Source: an uncultured virus (IMG/VR IMGVR_UViG_3300046171_000218)
Lineage: Duplodnaviria; Heunggongvirae; Uroviricota; Caudoviricetes
Reading direction: 5' to 3' (one strand)
Virus record (IMG/VR): IMGVR_UViG_3300046171_000218
DNA length: 20,000 bases
The notes beneath the pieces were generated by a model. The model did not search any database. It was not told where the DNA came from and saw nothing but the letters and a program-made list of their open reading frames with translations. Position 1 is the stretch's first letter. Every line of letters starts with the position of its first letter. Made by a program: the position numbers and the translations under genes. Shown piece by piece: positions 1 to 8,041 of the stretch.

Positions 1-3000
1 TACATTAGGTGTACCAGTTAATCCCTCTGCAAGAGCAGCAGTTCCAGAAGTATTCTGGTTACCTGCTTCGTTTACGCCAGGAAGATTGATATTAGAAGTG
101 CCATCGAAGGAGACACCACCAATTGTTCTAGCGTTCTGCAAGAGCAGTTGCTGTTGCAGCGTTTCCTGAGGTATCTTGGTTACCAGATTGGTTTACACCA
201 GGAAGACTTATGTTTGCAGAACCATCAAAGGAAACTCCACCGATTGTTCTAGCAGTCTCAAGTGCAGATGCAGTAGCAGCATTACCAGAGGTATCTTGGT
301 TACCAGTTTGGTTTACACCAGGTAAGTTGATGTTTCCTGTACCATCGAAGGAAACTCCACCGATAGTTCTAGCATTCTGCAGAGCAGTTGCACTATCAGC
401 ATTACCAGTTACGTTACCAGTTAATGCGCCAACGAAACCACCTGTAGAAGTAGTAACTCCAGACAGGGCAGCGTGAGTACCAACCAGAGCTCCAGATACA
501 GTAAGTGATCCAAGAGTTCCAACGGATGTCAGTGAAGAAGTAACAACTGCAGAACCAAGTGATGTAGCACCCAGAACTTCCGTGTTGTTAATCTTGTATA
601 CCTTACCAGAAGCAAGGTTCAGGTTTTCAGAAGAACCAAAGTTGTCTCCAGTATCTTGGAACTGGAATGTCTTGTCTCCGTCACCAGAGTCAACAGTGAT
701 ACCAGCACCATCAGCGGCAGCATCATTCGCAGCGCCTGTAGCGATTTGAATGTTCTTATCTGCAATATTGACAGTTGTGCTATCAATAGTAGTGGTTGTA
801 CCTTCAACTTGGAGGTTACCCAGGATGTGAACTGTACCGGTGTTATCACCAATAGCAGCAGGATCAAGAGTAATTGATGAAGGGCCTGTAATTGTGGCGG
901 TATTAACGTGGATCGCAGATCCTTCAGCACCAGTCTTGAATGATGTAGCAGTTACAACACCAGATGCAACTAATGATGTCAGAGAGACATCGGGATTCAG
1001 TGAAACTTCAACTCCATTGCTTGCAGCAGCAGAGGTAAGATTTGTTCCGCCTGTAATCGCTAAACCTTCAGAAAGAAGATTGATATCCTCAGAACCACTA
1101 TCGCCGGTAACTGTCAAGGCAGAACCAACAGCAGCTGTTGTTGCGGAAGTAATACGTCCCTTAGCGTCAACTGTGATTACAGGGACAGCAGATGCACCAC
1201 CATAAGTTGCAGCAGAAACACCACTAGCAGCAAGGGTGATTGGCAGAGCAACGTTTCCTGTACCATCGAATGATTGTGCAGAATCAGTTGTAGCATCCCC
1301 ACTTACAGTGAAACTTCTACCATTTGCCAGAGCAGTTGCTGTTGCGGCATTTCCAGAAGTATCTTGGTTACCTGTTGCGTTAACACCAGGAAGGTTTATA
1401 TTACCTGAACCATTGAAGGAAACTCCACCGATAGTTCTAGCATTCTGCAGAATAGTAGCAGAGGATGCATTACCGGTTACATCACCTACAAATCCACTTG
1501 AAGCAGTTACAACACCAGAAGCAACAACACTCGTTAGGGAGATATTGTCATCTAGGTTAACAGTAACAGAGTTACTTGAAGCGTTTGAAGTGAGGTTAGT
1601 ACCACCAGAGATTGTTAAGGTTTCAGAGAGAAGATTGATATCTTCAGAACCACTATCACCAGCAACTGTCAGTCCACTACCAACGGCAGTAGTTGTTGCG
1701 GAAGTGATACGTCCTTTTGCATCAACTGTGATTACGGGAACTGCTCCAGCAGAACCATAAGTTGCAGCAGAAACACCACTGTTAGCAAGAGTGATTGGTA
1801 ACGCTACGTTTCCTGAACCATCAAAAGATTGTGCAGAATCGGTTGTAGCATCACCGGATACAGTGAAGTTTCTTGGAGTTTGTAGAGTTACTGCTGTAGA
1901 TGCTGTACCAGTTACATCACCGGTTACATCACCGGTTACATCACCGGTTAAATTGCCATTAACATCACCAGTAACATTACCAGTCAGAGAAGCACTAATA
2001 GTTCCAGCAGAGAAGTTACCTGAACCATCTCTTGCAACAAGATTATTAGCAGTATTATTATTGGTAGCATCAAGTCCGATTGTAACGGAAGTGCCAGCAA
2101 CAGAAGTATTAACAAAATCTCCGTCAACGAATTTTAGTCCGTCAACTAAGAGGTTAACACTACCAGTTCCTGAACCACCAACAATTGAAAGTGATGTACT
2201 AATTGCAACGTTTACTGCATTAGTAATTCTACCTTTAGAGTCAACAGTGATCTGTGATACCTGTGATCCAGAACCATAAGTTGCTGCGGAAACACCACTA
2301 TTAGCTAGAGTTGCTGAAATAGTAGCATTAGCAGAACCATCAAACGAAGCAGAACCTGTGGCATCTCCAGAGATTGCTAAAGTTCTAGAAGTTTCCAGAG
2401 CAGTTGCAGTTGCAGCATTTCCAGAGGTATCTTGGTTACCAGTTGCATTAACACCAGGTAAATTAATGTTACCTGTGCCATCAAATGATACGCCGCCAAT
2501 TGTTCTAGCGTTTGCTAGAGCAGTTGCAGTAGCAGCGTTTCCAGAAGTATCTTGGTTACCAGCTGCATTAACACCTGGTAGGTTGATATTTGCAGAACCA
2601 TCGAAGGAAACGCCACCGATTGTTCTTGCACTTTCGAGAACAGTTGCAGTTCCAGCATTGCCAGAAACATTACCAGTTACATCACCGACAACACCACCAG
2701 TTGCAGTTGTAACACCAGTAACAACTAATCCAGATGCAGTTGCCTGTCCAAGAGTGGAAATACCAGTTACTCTGAGTTGCTCGAAGTTACCTCCAGAACC
2801 ACCGCCGAGAACATATTCCTTAACGCGGGACATTGTTGACTTACGGTTAGTGCCGCCAGCACCATCGTCAACAACGATTAAATCAGCATCTTCCAGATCA
2901 GCACCGATATCAGTGCCACCATCAATATCCAGAGTTGTCAGAGGAGTTGTTCCTGCAGACAGTCCTGAACCAGAACCATTGAAGGCAGATGCAGTGATAA

Positions 3001-5320
3001 TACCAGCAATATTAATATTGCCAGTTCCAGTAATATCCTTAATAGTAATACTAGGAGTTCCAGTCAGTCCCTCAGCATTAGTTGCTGTAGTTGCTGTACC
3101 AGTTACGTCACCAGTTACATCACCAACAACATTACCAGTTACATCACCAGTAACATCACCAGTAACATTCATCGTTCCAGTCGTTGCAACGAAGGAAGAT
3201 GCAGTTATAATACCAGAGAGATTTACATGAGCACCAGTTAAAGCTCCAGCAACATTGAGAGAACCAAGAGTTCCAACAGATGTCAGTGAGGAGTTAACAA
3301 CACCAGATCCAAGAGTAGTTGCACTCAGAATTTCAGTATTATTAACCTTATAAACTTTGCCACTGGCAAGGTTCATATTTTCGGAAGAACCGAAGTTGTC
3401 TCCAGTTGCTTCAAACTGGAATGTCTTATCACCTTCTCCGGAGTCAACCGTAATACCACCACCATCGGCAGCAGCATCGTTAGCAGCACCAGTTGCAATC
3501 TGGATATTCTTATCAGCAATATTAACAGTTGTGCTGTCAATAGTTGTTGTAGTTCCTTCTACCTGAAGATCACCGAGGATATGAACAACACCAGTGTTGT
3601 CTCCAACGCCAGCAGGATCAATTGTAATTGATGAAGGGCCTGTAATTGTTGCACTATTAACATGGATTGCTGAACCTTCAGCACCAGTCTTGAATGAAGA
3701 TGCAGTTACTACACCAGTTGCACTTACACTAGTAAGAGCAATCTCGGGGTTCAATGCCAGTTCAACGCCATTACTTGCAGCAGCAGAAGTAACGTTAGTG
3801 CCACCTGTAATTGCTAAAGATTCTGAAAGAAGATCAATATCCTCAGAACCACTATCACCGGTTACGGTTAATGCACTTCCTACAGCAGCTGTAGTTGCAG
3901 ATGTGATGCGTCCCTTAGCATCAACAGTAAGAATTGGAACTGCTGATCCAGAACCATAAGTTGCAGCAGAAACACCGCTATTTGCTAGAGTAGCTGAAAT
4001 AGTAGCATTTGATGAACCATCAAATGATGCAGAACCTGTAGCATCTCCAGAGATTGCTAAAGTTCTACTAGTTGCTAATTGAGTTGCGGTAGCAGCATTA
4101 CCTGAAGTATCCTGGTTACCTGCTGCATTAACACCAGGAAGGTTGATGTTAGCAGAACCATCGAAGGAAACTCCACCGATTGTACGTGCGTTTTGAAGAG
4201 CGGTTGCTGTAGCAGCATTTCCAGAAGTATCCTGGTTACCACCTTGGTTTACACCAGGTAAGTTGATATTACCTGAACCATCAAAGGAAACTCCGCCGAT
4301 TGTTCTGGCAGATTCCAGAGCAGTTGCAGTTGCAGAATTGCCCGAAGTATCTTGGTTACCAGTTGCATTAACACCAGGTAAATTGATGTTACCTGTGCCA
4401 TCAAAGGAAACTCCACCAATAGTTCTAGCATTCTGCAGAGCAGTTGCTGAATCAGCATTACCAGTTACGTTACCAGTAACATTTCCAATTACGTTACCAT
4501 TATGAGTTCCATAAATGTTCGTTGCAGAAACGGATGTACCGCCCGTTACAACTCCAACTGTTGTAATGCCAGTAATTCTGACAGTGCTTAAGAAATTAGC
4601 AGGAGTTGCAGTCTGAATATTATCAGTAGATGCAACACCAGTCAGTCCAGAACCATCTCCAGAGAATGAAGTAGCAGTAACAACACCAGTTGCATTAATG
4701 TTAGCTGAAGTTACATCACCAACGGTGATATCTGGTGTGCCGCTGAGTCCAGCAGCAGTTCCCGATGTATTTTGATTACCTGCTTCATTAACACCCGGGA
4801 GGTTGATGTTTCCTGAACCATCGAAGGAAACTCCACCGATGTTACGTGCAGTCTCAAGTGCAGTTGCGGTAGCAGCGTTACCTGAAGTATCCTGGTTACC
4901 AGCCTGGTTTACACCAGGAAGGTTAATATTTGCCGAACCATCGAAGGAAACTCCACCGATGTTACGTGCAGATTGTAATGCACTAGCCGATGATGCGTTG
5001 CCGGTTAATGCACCGACAAAACCACCAGATGAAGTAACAATGCCAGTAGTGACATTATTTACTGTTATATCTGGTGTGCCTGTTAATCCTTCTGCTTGAG
5101 TAGCATTAGATGCTGTTCCTGTTAAATCGCCAACAAATCCTCCAGAGGAGGTTGTTATGCCAGAAATGATAGCATTGCCAGTAACGTCTAACTTTTGTCT
5201 TGGTGTAACGGAACCAATACCTACGTTAGCCGAACTGGCAGTTGTAATGCCAATATAGTTTGCAGAAGCATCTAAGGCAAGATAACTCGCAAATTGCGAA
5301 AGTTCTCTATTAAATGCCAT
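1..5320 (-). CDS. Giant repeat-rich tail fibre / fibre-like virion protein (>1770 aa, 3' end outside window; apparent stop at 128 is a +1 indel at ~140)
   Basis: 1730-aa Gly/Thr/Ser/Ala-rich ORF with 11 copies of ARTIGGVSFDG..NINLPGVN..GNQDTSGNA and 4 copies of SGVSAATYG...(V/I)TVD(A/S)KGRIT, both typical phage fibre shaft motifs. At 140-141 the sequence reads gctcttgcagaac where other copies read gctctgcagaat; removing one base continues the repeat (LQNARTIGGVSFDGTSNINLPGVNEAGNQNTSGTAALAEGLTGTPNV) to the window edge. Confidence 0.85.
40..4995 (-). repeat. 120-bp (40-aa) coding repeats in five blocks (~40-390 x3, ~1330-1460 x1, ~2400-2650 x2, ~4085-4450 x3, ~4755-4995 x2)
   Basis: 120-bp periodicity is directly visible (lines 181/301, 241/361, 4141/4261/4381, 4801/4921). 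Copies differ mostly at synonymous positions. Confidence 0.9.
490..3985 (-). repeat. Large internal duplication in the fibre gene: ~490-1230 versus ~3245-3985 (offset 2754 bp = 918 codons)
   Basis: Anchors caagagttcc (511/3265), cctcagaacc (1087/3841) and ccataagttgc (1200/3954) all give offset 2754. The protein block SALTVTGDSGSEDI...SSLTSVGTLGSL occurs twice. Confidence 0.9.
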
Positions 5321-5388
5321 TTTTTGCGTTTTTTCGTGTAGAACGTCCTACAATCCATCTTCGTATATCTACTAGGATTGTATACTAA

Positions 5389-5395
5389 TATTTAG
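5389..5395 (-). promoter_or_regulatory. T4-type late promoter motif CTAAATA upstream of the giant fibre gene
   Basis: tatttag on + strand, in the intergenic gap ~70 nt before the ATG at 5320; variant of the T4 gp55 TATAAATA consensus. Confidence 0.65.
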
Positions 5396-5400
5396 AAATA

Positions 5401-6410
5401 CTACACTGCTGTGGTGGAAAGATTGCCAGAATTATCGACAATTAATCTATACTTAGTTCCATTTGGTGATGTTAAAACAATTCCTGTTGATTGATCGGAT
5501 CCAACATTGACATCTTGATTAAAAGTAGAGATACCGACTACATTTAAGTTTGTACTAATACCAACACCACCATTGATATTTACTTTTGGCGAAACCCCAT
5601 TCCCTGCAAAAAATTTAAGTCTTCCAGATTCAAGAGTTATTTTTGTACTTGTACCATTATCAGTATATCTTCTTATAACATCTGCATTAACTCCATCTTT
5701 AGCAGATGAAATACCTACGTTTATGTCATTTGTAGTATTACTACCTCTAGTAGTTACTGAGTCTAAAGTATCATTTTCTGGAACACTACTTACTGATCCA
5801 GATGATGTATATGAAATGACATCAATAGACTCTCCACCAAACAACGCTTCGTTGAGAACAATTGATGTACCATTGGAAGCGACATATTCTGAAGAGTGCA
5901 GTCTTACACCATTTACAAATACATCAATTAATCCAGTAGTGTATGCCTGACTAATTGTTGTTTGTGCAGAAGTGGCAGTGTAAGTATTTTCACTCCTCAA
6001 TGAAGAGGCTGATGCCCATGTGAGTCCAATACCTGTTGACTGAAGATATTGCCCGCTACTTCCTGTCGATCCTCCAATACTAATCGCACTTGATTCGCCG
6101 AAACTTAAAGTGCCGCCAAGTGTTATTCCGGCACTAACGGATGCATTACCTAAAAGAGTAAGATTTTCTGTGACATTATCTGTACCAATGCCAACAGAAT
6201 TACTGTAAAATATTGACTCCGCACCAAAAGTCTCCTTCCAAGGAGTCAGTGATATAATCGTCGTTCCTATTCCAACGCCACCAGTATCGACTTGCGCGAA
6301 TAACTGTGCGTCGTAAGTATTAAGAGCTAGTTCCCCCAGCGGTAATTGTACAACCGTTGGTTTTTTTCCAGGAACAGCTGAACGTTTTATCCTAATCTAG
6401 GATCAGCCAT
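5401..6410 (-). CDS. ~336-aa fibre/branching structural protein with N-terminal Mtd_N/hyaluronidase-N-like domain (one -1 indel at ~6397)
   Basis: ATG at 6410 with GAGG RBS (cgagggatga ATG). After MADP one missing base restores IRIKRSAVPGKKPTVVQLPLGELALNTYDAQLF, which is open and in frame with the track ORF 5401-6000. C-terminus is GIVLTSPNGTKYRLIVDNSGNLSTTAV. Confidence 0.75.
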
Positions 6411-6425
6411 TCATCCCTCGCATAT

Positions 6426-6458
6426 GGTATATACCTAAAAATCCTGTTATATAACAGG
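6426..6458. promoter_or_regulatory. Two perfect TATATA-centred palindromes (GGTATATACC 6426-6435; CCTGTTATATAACAGG 6443-6458) in the 5' leader
   Basis: Read directly from the sequence; they lie between the late promoter (6468-6474) and the RBS/ATG at 6410. Function is inferred. Confidence 0.55.
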
Positions 6459-6467
6459 CATTAAGTA

Positions 6468-6474
6468 TATTTAT
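6468..6474 (-). promoter_or_regulatory. T4-type late promoter motif ATAAATA
   Basis: tatttat on + strand, overlapping the TAA stop of the 62-aa ORF. Confidence 0.7.
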
Positions 6475-6659
6475 GCGTAATCTTTGTTCTCTAGTTTACT
6501 TTTTATTTCCTCTTCAAGTTGTTGAATACGCGATTTTGCATCTCTCAATTGCGTATTCAAAACTTCAACTTTCGTTTCAGCAACAACTAATTGTGCAAAT
6601 AAATCCATAGATTTTCTTTGATAAGTTGCAATCAGACTTTTGTAATCTTCTTCATTCAT
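6471..6659 (-). CDS. 62-aa coiled-coil hypothetical protein (possible fibre assembly factor)
   Basis: Complete ORF, TAATG overlap with the upstream gene, heptad-like pattern VEVLNTQLRDAKSRIQQLEEEIKSKL. Confidence 0.8.
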   Translation of the reverse strand: MNEEDYKSLIATYQRKSMDLFAQLVVAETKVEVLNTQLRDAKSRIQQLEEEIKSKLENKDYA

Positions 6660-8026
6660 TAAAAGGAGCCACCGTCAATAGTAATGTTTTCAAGGAACCT
6701 TTCAGATCCTGTACAAGAAATCACTTGAGATTGTCCAGCACAATCATTTACCCAAAGTTGTCCAATTTCTAAAGGAGCGTATGTAGTTGCAGTAATTACA
6801 CTGCTTGTTTCACTTACATCAGAACCAACAGTAATTCTTGATGTAGAATCGTCCCAGTAAATCGCTGCTTTCTTAGCAGAACCTGTGTAATAATTTAAAA
6901 TAAGTCCAAGATCAATATTAAGATCTGAACCCGGAGCAGAACCATCTACAAGTCCTACTTCAATTAGAGAATCTTCAACAGTTAATGTATTAGTATTTAC
7001 CTGAGTTTGAGAACCCGAAATAAACAGGTTTCCGTTAACTGTCAGATTACTAGAAATTCCAACATTTCCAGTTTCATCGGCAACTGTGATAGCAGAAGTT
7101 CCATCTGTTGCGCTGATGATACCAGTTTTTACTGCAGCAGCAACTACATCATTAGAGAATAAACCATCTCTCCATCTCTGTGTCGAAATGCCGAGATTGA
7201 ATGCGTTATGGGAATTTGGAACAAGATTTGAAGTGAACTCACCACCAACATTAATATTGTCAGTGGTTCCATCGCCAAGATTAACAGTTCCTCCTTTAAA
7301 AGTGACGACTCCTACAAACTCAGAGTATCCACCAACATGAAGATTTTCTTTTACGGTAAGGTTTTTGGCAATACCAACACCGCCATCAACCTGTATAGTA
7401 CCGGTATTTTCGTCACCTAAAGTATTATTTGTGGTATCAGTAAAGGTATTGATGCCTGCTAAGTTAGAACCACCGCCACCACCAGCACCAGGAATACCAA
7501 ACTGTCCAATGTATCTTGCACCAGTAACGTAAACACTCTTACCTGAGAAGCTTACTCCATTAGGTAAATTTGATCCAATAAAGTGAAGAATACCTGCAGA
7601 ATAATCAAAATACCATTCATCATCATTTCCAGAACCAGTTTCAAATACTTGAGTGCCACTTGCAACGGCAGTGCTAGCATTACTTGCAGTGTGAATATAA
7701 ACTTTAACTTGATATGTTGAACCAAGTTCTGGTGGAATCCAGTCAGTTAAATTTGTTTTCCAAGTTCTATTAGTAGTTGATGAACCGTCAGCAGTTAATT
7801 CAACTGGAGCTCCTGCAGTAGTAACCCCTACATATGAGTTGGAAACTGCAGGAATAGTTGAATTGATTAATGAAGACTCTCTCCAAACTTTGTCTCCTCT
7901 GAGAAGAAGAGGACTTGGATTTGCTTCGTTAGGGCCTTTTTTATTTGCGTTTGTGTCTGTTTTTGCCTTAGCAAACGCGATTTTCTTCCAGAGAAAATCA
8001 ACTTTTTGGGTATCTGAAATTGCCAT
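6659..8026 (-). CDS. 455-aa virion structural / fibre-like protein ending in IDGGSF
   Basis: Intact ORF with strong RBS (ggggaggataaacaa ATG). It has a globular aromatic-rich N-domain, a Gly linker (GAGGGGGS), and fibre-type beta repeats (DGGVGIAKNL, GNLFISGSQTQVNTNTLTVEDSLIEVG) resembling GDLQVEGTTTTIDSTTVNIADKNI in the giant fibre. Confidence 0.8.
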   Translation of the reverse strand: MAISDTQKVDFLWKKIAFAKAKTDTNANKKGPNEANPSPLLLRGDKVWRESSLINSTIPAVSNSYVGVTTAGAPVELTADGSSTTNRTWKTNLTDWIPPELGSTYQVKVYIHTASNASTAVASGTQVFETGSGNDDEWYFDYSAGILHFIGSNLPNGVSFSGKSVYVTGARYIGQFGIPGAGGGGGSNLAGINTFTDTTNNTLGDENTGTIQVDGGVGIAKNLTVKENLHVGGYSEFVGVVTFKGGTVNLGDGTTDNINVGGEFTSNLVPNSHNAFNLGISTQRWRDGLFSNDVVAAAVKTGIISATDGTSAITVADETGNVGISSNLTVNGNLFISGSQTQVNTNTLTVEDSLIEVGLVDGSAPGSDLNIDLGLILNYYTGSAKKAAIYWDDSTSRITVGSDVSETSSVITATTYAPLEIGQLWVNDCAGQSQVISCTGSERFLENITIDGGSF

Positions 8027-8041
8027 TTGTTTATCCTCCCC

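Noticed and set aside
40..4995. 120-bp repeats as a CRISPR array or a DGR template/variable repeat pair
   Set aside because: The repeats are contiguous, in frame and have no unique spacers. Differences are mainly synonymous and not adenine-specific, and there is no cas or reverse transcriptase gene in the window. Mtd_N-like domains alone do not imply a DGR.
210..5099. Numerous plus-strand ORFs (up to 290 aa) antisense to the fibre gene, and others at 5573, 7086, 7839, 8177, 10252, 11517 and 15641
   Set aside because: Shadow ORFs of the biased Gly/Thr/Ala/Val codon usage; they mirror the repeats, show no recognisable domains and oppose a uniformly minus-strand operon.
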